A DNA stretch of 39,230 nt from Basidiobolus meristosporus CBS 931.73 (GCA_002104905.1 MCFE01000753.1:1-39230); one strand, 5' to 3'; shown: positions 13,274 through 25,200, numbered from the stretch's first letter. Made by a program: numbers and translations. Notes: a model not told the origin generated them from the sequence alone.

Positions 13274-13285
13274 GGACTCATAACC
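13274..13285 (-). promoter_or_regulatory. Copia primer-binding site (half-tRNA-iMet type)
   Basis: GGTTATGAGTCC directly follows the LTR end CAACA on the minus strand. It is complementary, with one mismatch, to an iMet anticodon arm GGGCTCATAACC. Confidence 0.7.
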
Positions 13286-13525
13286 TGTTGTAAGTAATGA
13301 AGTGATTTGGATATAAGGAGCTTATCAAGATATATTGATAATAGTTGAATGGTTGTTTATTCATAAAGTGGATTGGTACTTATACCTTTGTAGAAGTAAT
13401 ACTGCTGCAACATTAAGGAGGGTTTTTTGACATTCAGAAGCATTCTGCAACAGTTTCAGGGTAGTACATAATGTTTGCTAAAACATGTTAATTTGATCTT
13501 AACTGTAAGGGAATTATCATAGTAT
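13286..13525 (-). repeat. 5' LTR of copia relic 2 (distal part missing)
   Basis: About 80% similar by eye to 9106-9345. Similarity ends about 15-20 bp before the gypsy LTR at 13540. Confidence 0.82.
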
Positions 13526-13539
13526 CATAAATAAACACT

Positions 13540-14835
13540 TATTATGATCCACTTCTTGAATATTTAAGTTAGGACAGTTTTTACTCAAATCAATTTGTTT
13601 TATGTCTAGCCTATACTTAATCAATATTATATATTGACTCATTAATATTAGTCAGTAGATGAATCAGCAGATTGTTATTGTACAGAAATAGAAAAATTGA
13701 GCAGGATCTAACTGGGTGATGATGATACAATCAAATGAGTCATCAGGCACAACTTATACTAGCTAATACAATTAGTTTGCAATGGATCTGGAAAGATATA
13801 TACAAGGAGCTACTGGAACCCCAATCAAAATCAGTTCAAGTTTAGTGAGTTCAATACTTGTTAAACTCCCTATTTCTCTACAACTCTCATGTCAAGACTT
13901 GTAACATTGGTAGCAGTATTAACCAGAAACCTTCTCCCTGAAGAAAGAAGAAGTCTCCCTAAAGATGTCAGAAAATCAAGAATAGAAAATGCATGCATCA
14001 AATCCTGGCCCAACAGGAACAGTTACTCCAGATCTTTAGCCAGCAGCACCAAGGAATGACTACCATAGCCCAGAACCAGTAAAACCCTGTCAAGAGCAAA
14101 TTTAGTGTGAAGGTCAACCAGTGCCATGGAAGTCTCAATGAGTGCCTGGGAGCTTGGCTATTCCAGATTGAGGAAGCTTTAAGGCTAAAGAAATGCTCTT
14201 GAAAGTAAGTTGCATTATGACTTAGCTATGTTTGGAAATAAGAAGCCCACAATGACAAATTACAGAGGCTATAATCACTCTGATATATGATATTTGGAAG
14301 GAGTGCCAATAGAAATAGATGCTTTGCTTGAGATTATGCAACTGTAGGAGTACTGAGTCAAGAACATGAAGGAAAGGACTACCCAGTTACCCATGACTTC
14401 AAGAAACTGAGCTCAGCAGAACAAAACTATCCAGTACATGATAAGAAGATGCTTGCCACAATACACTGCCTGAAGACCTGGAGATACTACACTGAAGGAG
14501 TCAAGTGCAATATCAAGATTGATCATGCCTCACTCAAGAATAAATTTACCTGTAAGGTTCTATACAGAAGAAAAACATAAATGAATGAATTCATTTAGCA
14601 ATTTGACTAGGAGATTGTCTACTGCCCTGGGAGAAACAAGATGGTTGCTGATGCCTTATTAAGACTAGAACAAGTTGCACAACTTGTATTGGTGCATGAA
14701 TCTGATTAGCCTAGCTTATTACCAAAGCATTTGGAAGACCAAGCCATTCCCATTGAGGTCAATGGAGATATCAAGGGGATAATTCAGGATGAAGCCGGCA
14801 AAACTGTAGTACAGGATGATGCACTCTACCAAATA
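13540..14835 (+). mobile_element. Internally deleted, diverged gypsy copy (LTR 13540-13906, PBS, gag pieces, RNase H and tether piece)
   Basis: LTR TATTATGATCC...GTAACA followed by TTGGTAGCAG. 13907-14330 matches parts of 16430-17215, and 14370-14835 matches 19040-19500. Confidence 0.85.
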
Positions 14836-16060
14836 ATCACAATGAAGCTGGCATGGATGATTTTGCCAACTTGTAATGTTTGCATCACATGTGCAATTAG
14901 ACACTACTGGTGTGATAGATAAAATCTGGTATTTGGATATGTTTTTTAATTTACATGGAAATAAACATACTTCAGACTTTAAGCTATACTGATACTTACC
15001 ATTTGAGTGACCATCACTCCAATTGGAGAGTATGACAATAGCAGACAGGTCTGAGAGTAGCCTGAGGTTGTAAGCCCTCAATTGGCCCATTAGCCAATAC
15101 ACAAGCTACATGATTTGCCATCAAATATCCCATTTTCCTCTTAGGCATGTAAATCCCTAATCTTAGTGATTGGACAAGGTTTCATAGCAAGCATGCAATC
15201 AGTTTAGATGCAAATCAGATCAAATAACCTCACTGGTCTTACAGATGATGTATATATATGCAGGGTGTTTATTATAGGAACTCTGTCTCATAAGTGAGAC
15301 AACCTTATATTGCTTATATCAAAAACTTGGTGATCACTGATTAGCCATGGTTTGATTTGGATTGCAAAAAAACCACATTGTTTGGATCTCAAGAATGGTA
15401 ACAATTCATTGTGATCACATCATCTCCTCCTAGGTTTTTTTCTCAGAGGAATTACTACTGAAGTATTTGCTAGTGATGCACTTTGCACACCTGAACTACT
15501 TCCTTGTCACTATCATCTTGGCCATGGGCATACTTGTAGTCAGTATTTTGCCTCCTAGTTGATGAGTGTGATCTTAGTGTGTGATTTTGCTGAATTACTC
15601 CAGATGATGGGATTGAACAAGCCCAAAGTACCATATGCTGATGTATTCTTTTACTTGCCAAAGGCTACAGTGGTGAAGGCACTTCATGTGGTTCATTGTC
15701 AGTCAGTACACCAGATATAATTTGCAGATGGTCAGGTAAAACAGCAAACAAAGGTGGAACTTAATGCATTGGCAAAGCCCTTGGCTGAGTTCTATGTGAT
15801 ACTACATGTTGACACAACTTGGCCAGCTCCAATGGACTTGTGTCTGAACAAGCAGTATGACAAGTACTGGTAGTTTTGCTCTGAAGTACACATAATGATC
15901 TGACACACATTGACTCAATGAGGGGGGCTCATGTGTGGGGCATTGGTGTAGATGAAACTGATGTGTGCCAGCGTTGCAGGGGATGGTAGGGAGTCAAGTG
16001 TTTTGATTTGCTGCTTGAAAGTTTAAGTTTTAGAACCCTCTCAACTTTAACAGGGGAGAA

Positions 16061-16429
16061 TGTTATGATCTGCCACTTGAATGTTTAAGTTAGATCAGTT
16101 TTTAGTCAAATCAATCAGTTATATGTTTACATTATCAGTATATCAGTATTATCTATCAAATCAGTAGCATTAGTCAGCAAATGAATCAGCAGATCCTTAT
16201 CAGATGGAAATAGATATATTAGGTAGGATCTTACTGGGTGTTAATGATTCAATCAAATGAGTCATCAGCCAAAGCCTACATTAGGAAATACAATTAGTCA
16301 GCAATTGATCTGGCAAAATGTATATAAGGAGCTGCTGGGATCTCAATAAAGATCAGTTCAAGTTTTAGTGAATACAATACTAGCTAAACTCCCTATTCCT
16401 CTACAACTCTTATACCAAGACTTATAACA
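16061..16429 (+). repeat. 5' LTR of the gypsy element
   Basis: TGTTA...TAACA, with TATA-like TATATAAGGAG at 16321 and AATAAA at 16345. Confidence 0.93.
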
Positions 16430-17400
16430 TTGGTAGCAGCAATAACCAGAAACATCCCTTCTGAAGAAAGAAGAAGCCTCACTCAAGATGTCCAAATATC
16501 AAGAATGGAAGAATGCTATGCAACAAATCCTGGCCTGCAACAACAGTTACTCCAGATCCTTAGCCAGCAGCAATATGGAATGACTACCATGGCCCAAAGC
16601 CAGCAAAGCCCTGTCAAGAGCAACTTTAGTGTGAAGGTCAACCGGTACCATGGAAGAGTCAATGAAAACCTGGGAACTAGGCTCTTCCAGATTGAAGAAG
16701 CTTTCAAGGCTAAGGGAATTGCTTCAGAAAGCAAGTTACATTATGCAGCCTCATACCAGGCAGATGCAGCTTTACAGTGGTACCACAACAAGATCAGGTC
16801 AGCTACCATGATGGGTTGCTCTACAATATCTACCTGGGATGAGTTTGTGTTGGAAATTCAGGATGCCTTTGAGCCCCCACACCAACAGACACCACTAAGA
16901 AGAAAGTTGAAGACACTCAGACAGAAAGGAATGGTCCAAGAGTACTTCTATGAATATAGATGTCTACCCGGGCAAATTGAAAGAATGGACCCTCTGGACC
17001 AAGTTGAATACTTTATTGATGGGATGAAAGAAAGACCTTGTAAGGGAGTGAATTATCAAAGACCTCAGACTATTGAAGAAGCCATCAAGATTGCCATTGA
17101 CTATGATTTGGCTATGTTTGGAGTTGCAAAGACCACAATGACTAACCGGAGAGGGTATAATCACTATGAAAAAAGACAATTAGAAGCAGTGCCAATGGAA
17201 ATAGATGCTATGCAGAAGAATCCTACCTCAGAAGAATGCATGAAGAAATGACTTTGCTTCAATTGCCACCAGCAGGGACATATTCCAAAGTACTGCCCTC
17301 AGAGAAGAAATGGACACCAGCCATCAAGAACCTTTAACCATATTGAGGCCATGGAGCATAGTAACATGAGGATGAACCTGAAGAAGACTCAGAACTCACC
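16430..17400 (+). pseudogene. gag: Gypsy gag (retrotransposon gag domain and CCHC zinc knuckle)
   Basis: ORF 16430..17251 (LFQIEEAF, A..WY, TWDEF, LRQKG.VQEY..E). In frame after the TGA comes CFNCHQQGHIPKYC. Confidence 0.9.
16431..16440 (+). promoter_or_regulatory. Gypsy primer-binding site TGGTAGCAGC (probable tRNA-iMet 3' end)
   Basis: One base after the LTR. It implies a tRNA with A1:U72 and A73, typical of initiator Met. A similar site is at 13908. Confidence 0.7.
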
Positions 17401-17406
17401 TTCCAT

Positions 17407-20400
17407 ATGAGCAAAGAATACCTCTCCCAGATGACCTCAAACTCAGGAAAGCTATTGTACTTGAATGGAGTAATCAATGGAGTACATGCCAAGATCTTGA
17501 TTGACTCAGGAGCATTGCATGAGTACATGTCAGAGCAACTTGTCTTGAAAGTTGGAATCAACTTGGAACCCACCAAATCAACTTCAGTCTCAACAGCTGA
17601 TGGGAACTCTCACATAATCAACCGTATTACTCAGCCAGTAAGGGTGAATATCAATGACTATGAAGAAGATATACAGGCCTATATATTTGGGAACTGCACG
17701 TTTGACCTTGTACTTAAGAAAACCTGGCTATTTTGTTGTAATCCATCAATCTACTGGAGAACCCATGCTACCCAGATCCAGAAGGACAACAAGACCTATG
17801 AGCTATTACCCACCAGACAGGATTTTAACTTGATCTGGATTTCAACTTGGTCAATTCCAGTGTATGCGAAACAAGTGAACTTAGCAAGACACAGTTCTGT
17901 AGAGCACTAAGATAAAGCACCCAGATGTTTCTCATGGCAGTATTACAGGAGGATACCTCTACTCCAGTACCCCAGAAGATCCAGACTTTTTTGAGGGAAT
18001 ATTCAGATGTATTTCCAAAAGAGCTTGTTATCCTACCACCAGTCAGAGATGTGGATCATGCCATTGAAACAGCAGAGAGCCCTCCAGTGAGTAAGACACC
18101 TTACAGAATGAGTCCATTGGAGTTGGAAGCAATGAAGAGACAAATAGATCAGTTATTGGAGCAAGGATATATCAGACCCAGCAAGTCACCTTGGGGAGCA
18201 TCAGTACTTTTTGTGAAGAAGAAGGATGCAACACTTAGGATGTGCATTGACTACAGTGCCCTCAACCCAGTTACTGTGAAGAATAAGTACCCCATACCTT
18301 GGATTGATGAGCTCTTGGACCAACTCAATGGAGCCACTATTTTCAGCAAAATTGACCTCATGTCAGGATACAACCAGATTAGGGTGAAGCCAGAAGACAT
18401 CTCTAAGACAGCATTCAGGACCAGATATGGACATTACAACTACTGAGTCATGAGTTTTGGTCTCACCAATGCCCCTGCAACATTCATGACCCTGATGCAC
18501 ACTGTCTTCCAGCATTACTTAGACAAGTTTGTCATAATCTACCTAAATGATATATTGATATACGGCAAGACAGAAGAGGATCACTTGGTACACATTGAAA
18601 AGGTCTTGAAGTAGATTAGAGAGAACAAGCTTTATGGCAAGCTACCCAAGTGTGAATTCTTCAAGGAACACATTGAATATCTGGGACACATATTGACTAG
18701 CACAAGAGTAACCTTAGACCCTAAGAAGGTTGAGGTTATCAAGAATCTGAAGCAGCCCCATAGCATATCAGAGCTCAGATCATTCCTTGCAATGGTTTTC
18801 TATGATCAGAGATTTGTCAAGTCCTAAGCAAGTATTGCAGCCCCTTTAACTGATATCCTCAAGAAACAAAATACCTACAAGTGGGACATAACTTGTGAAA
18901 CTGCCTTCCAGATGTTCAAGAATGAACTTGCTAAGCTGCCAAACTTAAGAATACCTGACTCCAGAAAAGAGTTTACTCTGTGCACAGATGCTTCAGATTA
19001 TGCAATTGGTGGAGTGTTTTGCCAAGAACACAAGGAAAAGGACTACCCCATTGCCTTTGAATCTAAGAAACTAAACTCCGCAGAACAAAACTATCCAGTG
19101 CATGAAAAGGAGTTGCTTGCTATAATACACTGTTTGAAGACATGGAGATGCAATATTGAAGGAGTCCAATGCACTGTAAAGACTGATCATGCCTCCCTCA
19201 AGTACACATTTACTCAGAGGGTACTCTCTAGAAGAATGACAAGATGGAGTGAATACATTCTGCAATTTGACTTGGAGATTGTCTACTGCCCTGGAAAAAA
19301 CAACATGGTAGCCGACGCCTTATCAAGAATAGATCAACTTGCACAACTCAACTTGGTGTATGAATCAGATTGGCCTAGCCTATTACCAAAGTATGTGGAG
19401 GACCAAGCCATTCCTAATGAGGTTAATGAAGATATCAAGAAGATAATCTGGGATGAAGCCAGCAAATTTGTAGTACAGGATGAAACACTCTACCAAATTG
19501 TTGATGAAAGCCCTATTGCCTATTGCCCTTATGTTTCTCACCTGGATTTAATACATAGGCTACACAATGAAAATGTACATCTTGGAATTGAAGGAACCTA
19601 TAGCCTTGTAAAAGCTAGAGCATGGTGGCCTAAAATTAAACATTACATTGAGAAGCTAATGAAAGCATGCCCAAATTGCCAAATCAACTAAGACCAACCA
19701 CAATGAATTGCTGAACTCTTTCCCTTGGAGCCTGTAAGAACATTTGAAAGATGGGGAGTTGACTCTATTAGAAGACTGCCAACTACCAGGAAATGCAACC
19801 ATTGGATCCTAGTAGCAATTGACCATGCCACTAAATGGCCAGTGGCTAAAGCTGTACCTATAGCCAGTGAACAGGAAGTTGCATGTTTCATCTAGCATGA
19901 GATCCTTATGAAGTTTGGATGCCCTGTAGAGATTCTATCCAATAGAGGTGCAAACATTACAGCAAAGATATTGGAAGCTTACCTGGAAATGCAGCAGATC
20001 ATATACTTGAAAACCTTGGCATATTACCCTAGAACTAACGTAGTCACTGAATGGTTCAATGGATTATTTGGAAAAATGCTGACCAAGTATGCAAATGGAG
20101 TTGTCAGTAGATGGGAAGAGTGTATAGACCAAGCACTCTTTGCATGCAGAGTCAGAGTACACAACACCACCCAACAATTGCCATTTTACTTACTGTATGG
20201 ATGTGAACCAAGGATTCCAGGAGATCTCACACAACCAAAGCTTACAGACACCTTAGAAGATGAGCTCAGTCAGCCAGGTAGACACCAGCAACTGGAACAA
20301 AGACATCAAGAGGCACAGACCAAAGTATCTTAAAGTGCAGCAAAGATGTAGCAGAGATTTGATAAGACTATAGGACCAGAAGCATTGACAGTTGGGAACT

Positions 20401-20636
20401 TTGTATTGCTAAGAAACAACACTTGGAAGAGGTTTGAGCCACAATGGACAGAACCATTCAGGATCATCAGAGAATGCCCATTTGCAACTTAGTAACTAGT
20501 GGACAAACAAGGCAATATCCAGGAAGACCTAGTGCATAGGGACAGACTCAAGCTTGGAAGACTTGCAGATAATACTGAACCATCAAGATATTGGTATCAC
20601 AAGAAAAGAGATTCAGGAGAACCCTCTCAACTTTAA
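17407..20636 (+). pseudogene. pol: Gypsy pol (aspartic protease, RT, RNase H, integrase)
   Basis: ILIDSGA; [23 protein letters not shown]; [11 protein letters not shown]; IYLNDILIY; LCTDASDYAIG; NY.VHEKELLAI; H..HLG...WWP..C..CQ; RWGVDS; ILSNRG; FEPQWTEPF. One frame from about 17883 to the TAA at 20634, with only in-frame stops. Confidence 0.92.
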
Positions 20637-20637
20637 C

Positions 20638-20646
20638 AGGGGAGAA
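20638..20646 (+). promoter_or_regulatory. Polypurine tract AGGGGAGAA
   Basis: Immediately upstream of the 3' LTR. Confidence 0.8.
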
Positions 20647-21015
20647 AGTTATGATCTGCCACTTGAATGTTTAAGTTAGATCAGTTTTCAGTCAATTCAA
20701 TTAGTTATATGTTTAGGTTATCAGTATATCAGTATTATCCATCAAATCAGTAGCATTAGTCAGCAAATGAATCAGCAGATCCTTATCAGACAGATATAGA
20801 TATATTAGGTACAATCTTATTGGGTGATGGTGATGCAATCAAGTGAGTCATCAGCCACTGCCTATATTAGGAAATACAGTTAGTCAGCAATTGATCTGGC
20901 AAAATGTATTTAAGGAGCTGCTGGGATCCCAATAAAGATCAGTTCAAGCCTTAGTGAATACAATACTAGCTAAACTCCCTATTCCTCTACAACTCTTGTA
21001 CCAATACTTGTAACA
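20647..21015 (+). repeat. 3' LTR of the gypsy element
   Basis: AGTTATGATC...GTAACA, with the first T mutated. Colinear without gaps with 16061-16429. Confidence 0.93.
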
Positions 21016-21722
21016 CAAGCATAGCATGCTGGTGCAACATGGATGCAATTAACTGTGGGCTGCATTCTTTCTCTTGAAGCTCACCCTGTGATTCTGCCAG
21101 GTATTCACTTACCCTCTGTCTGATACTTTGGAAATGTTGTCTTGATGAGTCCTATGTACATTGCACTTACAAGCCACTCAGATTGGTTATATATATAATA
21201 TATCAAGTAGTACATTAGTCATTTGAGGCAATAACTCATTCAACATCTCTTTGGTTCCCATAAGTGAGGCATGAATGGTTTCATCTGACCTGTACAGTGC
21301 AAATTGAGCACAGAATTGTTTGCACATGGCATCCTCTTCAATTCCCTTGCTCTCAGCCTACTCTTGATTTCATAACTTGTCTTGTTAAATCATCAAAACA
21401 GGCACCAAGTCATTGTTTGCGGATGACTTTTGTCTTGGATCCAAATGTAATGGATCAGATCACAAGAATCTCAGATTTCCTATATTATTATAGACTTGTG
21501 AGTGAATCATCAGTAATAATACCAAGTTATTGTTTGAGGATGATGGTTGCAACAAACTGATGGGATACATGGGAATTGATGGAGATTTAATCATAATGCA
21601 TGGAAAATTGAATAAAGTAAGCTGTATGTGCCAAATCAATTCATATTACCTCTACCCAATCTGGTATCAGTTATAATATTACTTAATCATTTGAATGGTC
21701 TTTGCTCATCAATTATATCACC

Positions 21723-22211
21723 ACTACTGGATTTCCTTTTGATACATTAGAGGAGATCTATACCAAGTACAGTGGATCATCTACTCCCATCTACTTGAGA
21801 AGATCCCTTGTTATGCTCCTCTGCTAGTACAAGAACTACGCCCTACAAGGTATTGTCCCACCATCCATGGCAAGAAAAGTCCTAGAAGCTTTCATTCCCA
21901 GCTGACAGCAATGGAAAACCACCTTGCAGAGGGTATGAGTGACTTAGAGCAAGCTTGGAATACTAAGCTCCAAGGCTCCAAATAGACATCCATATTTGAG
22001 AGTGCTCAGCAACAGGTTCCATATCATGAGTACTTTCAATACCTTCCCAGTCAGCAATAACAGACCTTCTAGAGGGTAGAGGTACCTTTGTTCTGGCAAA
22101 TATAAGGCACATTGTGTGATGTTTCAAGCACTGTCTGACATTGAGGGTAACATCATCTGGGTTAGTGGGCCATTTGCTGGAAGGAGGTATGATGAGGCAC
22201 TCTGCGTAAAG
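21723..22211 (+). pseudogene. PIF/Harbinger-ISL2EU-like transposase (HTH_Tnp_4 and DDE_Tnp_4-like), 5' part
   Basis: TGFPFDTLEEIY...LVMLLC*YKNY...NRPSRG*RYLCSGKYKAHCVMFQALSDIEGNIIWVSGPFAGRRYD matches the family pattern RP..Q..YSG.K..H..K.Q....G.I....GP..G..HD. Confidence 0.72.
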
Positions 22212-22214
22212 AAT

Positions 22215-25200
22215 CATTTTGGGTGAAAATATTTTAAGTGAATCCCAACAAGGAATTTGGTCAATTTTCTCTAGAATTTGAAGGTATTATTTAAGATACC
22301 AAGTTAAGTAAATATTTGGGTGTAATTACAAGTGTTTACAAAACTCCCACTTAGCTAAATGTCTATAGTGACTAGTCCTAATTTTTGACCAAAGATACTA
22401 AAACTTGTCTCTAGCATATGGTTTGGTAAATAGACTTGTTCCGTTGGATAGTGCCACATTGAGCCATGAGTGCCAAATGATGTCATAGTGTGCCAGAGAG
22501 GTAAATTGGGCCTTTACTTGGCCACAGAGTGTGAAACATAGCTCTGCATCTTCATGTAAAGCAGCCCCTGTGTTTCACCCATTGCGCAGGAGAAAATCCA
22601 TTTTTGACCTTTTTTTGTGGATCAATGTAGCTCAGGATGTGTAAGAGCACAAAAGAACTGAAGATATGCATCTGGTACTCAATACCCATGGCACTCTGAA
22701 TCTAGCTCCTGTAGCTTGTATCCTGTCACAAAAATGAATGGCACTATCTTAGTCCACTGGCTCTATCTGGCACTATATTTAAATATTAGCCCTAAAGTAA
22801 GATCTATACAAAGCACTTATAGTGCCAGATAGTGCCAGTGGACCAAGATAGTGCCATTCATTTTGGTGACATGATTCAAGCTACAGGAGCTAGATTCAGT
22901 GTGCCATGGGTATTGAGTACCAGATGCCTATTGTCAATCTGCTTGTGCTCAAACACATCCTGCACAACATTGATCCAAAAAAAAAGGTCAAAAAATGGAT
23001 TTTCTCCAACACAATGGGTGAAACACAGGGGCTGCTTTGCATGAAGATGCAGAGCTGTGTTTCACACTCTGTGGCCAGGTAGAGGCGTACTTGGCCTCTC
23101 TGGCACACTATGGCATCATTTGGCACTCACGGCTCAATGTGGCACTAACCAATGGAACAAGTCTAATATGTCTGCAGCCATTTCATCTGAAGGACACTAA
23201 AATAAGCTAAAAAAGTTATACTCTGCAGCTTCACATATGAAATGATGTCTAATATATATGTGCTAGTTCTAGCATGAAAAGTTGGACTTCTACCTAATTG
23301 TATACATACTTGATTATCTTAATATGAAGTAATAGGCATTTTTGACATTGACCTAAATCTGTAAAAAGCTTTCTTAACCACATAGCTTCTTTTGTAGCTT
23401 CACCGGCTGCCATATACTCTGCCTCTGTGGTAGAAAGTGCTACAGTTGGTTGCTTTCTTGAATTGCATGATATTGCTCTTTTACAGTAAAGAAAGGTGTA
23501 TCCTGTGGTGGATTTTCTATCTTCCAAATTTTGTCCCTAATCAGCATCAGAGTATCCCACAAGATCCTGTTCTGAATCCTTACAATTGTATTGTAAGCAG
23601 GCATCAGATGTTCCTTTTGGGTATCTAAAAATCTGCTCAACTGCTGCTATATGATCAGATCCATAGTTCAGATTATGTCGGCTGACAGCTCCCACTGAGT
23701 ATGAGATATCTGGACATATTCCAAGCATGATGTACATCAGACTGCAGACCATAGATTGATATGGAAAGTCAGGGCTTTCCAATGGCACCAAGCTCTCTTG
23801 ATTTAGCTGAGTTATGACCAAGCTAAGGCTTGTCTCCATAGGGGTAGCTGCCAATTACAGTCTTCCATATGGTACTACTTTGTCAATCTTGAATATACTT
23901 GAGTTGTCTTAGGGTGATAGTCTGGGTACTTCTGTTCATGGAGAACTTAATCCCTAAGAAGCAGCTGAGTTCTCCTAGATTGGACATCTTAAACTCCTTA
24001 GATAGGCTGGATTTAGTTACTTTTAATGTTGCTTGGTTATTGGTGGCTATAATAAGATCATTCACATAAAGAGCAAATAGAACTGAATTTGCTCTATCTG
24101 GCTTCTACTACATACAATAGTCAGCATTACTCCTTTTGAAACTCAGAGAGTCTGAATAAGAGTCTATCTTGCAATTCCAGGCTCTGGGTGATTGTTTGAG
24201 ACCATATAGACACTTTTTAAGCTTGCAGACCAAATGGGAGTTTTCTTAGTCAGAAAACCCATTTGAGTGGCTTGCATGCATGTCCTGATCAAGTTCTTCA
24301 TTCAAAAATGCCGCTTTTACACCCATCTGATCAATAAAAAACTTATATTTGGCTGCAATAGGCTATATTAATCTGGTGGAATTATACTTAGCTACCAGTG
24401 CAAAAGTCTCAGTATAGTCAAGTACTTTTGTTTGAGAATGTCCTCTGGCCACAAGTCTTGCTTTGTATCTTTCAATTGTACCATCAGCCTTATACTTTGT
24501 CTTGAAGACCCATCTGCATCCAATTGATTTTTGGTTGATTGGTACTATGACTAAGTCCCAAGTTTGATTTTCCATCAGGGCCAGCTATTCCTCATTCATT
24601 GCAGATCTGCAAAACTTTGTCTGAGGGCAATTTAGCACCTGTTTTGCACTCTGGGGCTCATTGATATGGACTGCATAGGCATAGGCTAAGTCTGCACCCT
24701 TGTTGTTATAGTAACTTGAGCTATTTTTTGTCCAATTGGATTGCTGGGCATATGATACTGGAATGATCACATCTGGGATATTCCTGGGCACTGTTTCAGG
24801 CTGAACCAAGGTTATAGAGTTCTTGGAGTGGTAAAATTTACATTGTTTTGCTATGATTCAGTTCTGACAATTGGTGGACTTGAGATTAGATTTTTGTCAT
24901 CATCTGGTATCATTATTGGTGAAAACTTTTAAATTCCATCAGACAACATATCTTGGGACTTGATAAGCTTCTTTGCTTTAGTATTGTAGAGTCTGTATGC
25001 TTTACTCTCATTTTGGTAGCCCAAAAATATGTATTTTACACTCTTTGGCTCATATATTGACTGAATTTGGGGCAGTTTCTTGACATAAGCTGTACACTCA
25101 AGTATTCTTGGATGTTCTGCACTTGATCTGTATCCATACCCTGCTTCAAATGAAGTAGATACACACATTATTCTGTTATAACTCCTGTTTTTAAGGTATA

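Larger units (their letters stand above)
9106..13539 (-). mobile_element. Ty1/copia relic 2 (family I), near full length, 5' LTR truncated by a gypsy LTR
   Basis: Order is gag, protease (WYIDSRAS), integrase (LAIVHSDIYGP), RT ([25 protein letters not shown]), RNase H (YSDSDW). LTRs at both ends, with PBS and PPT. Confidence 0.92.
16061..21015 (+). mobile_element. Ty3/gypsy LTR retrotransposon, near complete
   Basis: Two 369-bp LTRs (29 mismatches by manual count), PBS, PPT, and gag-PR-RT-RH-IN order. No TSD. Confidence 0.95.

Noticed and set aside
14902-14910. CACTACTGG at 14902 and 21722, and CAGTAGTG at 35101, as canonical CACTA termini
   Set aside because: There is no paired TIR or TSD. 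The 21722 hit lies inside the Harbinger-like coding frame, and 14902 is about 65 bp from the nearest homology boundary.
15285-15300. Perfect small hairpin GTCTCA-TAAG-TGAGAC
   Set aside because: A 6-bp stem is expected by chance in 39 kb, and it has no supporting context.
21491-21499. TAGACTTGT matching the foldback terminus, suggesting the neighbouring transposase mobilises it
   Set aside because: The match is only 9 bp, it is part of a local direct repeat, and no inverted partner follows the 3' part of the gene.
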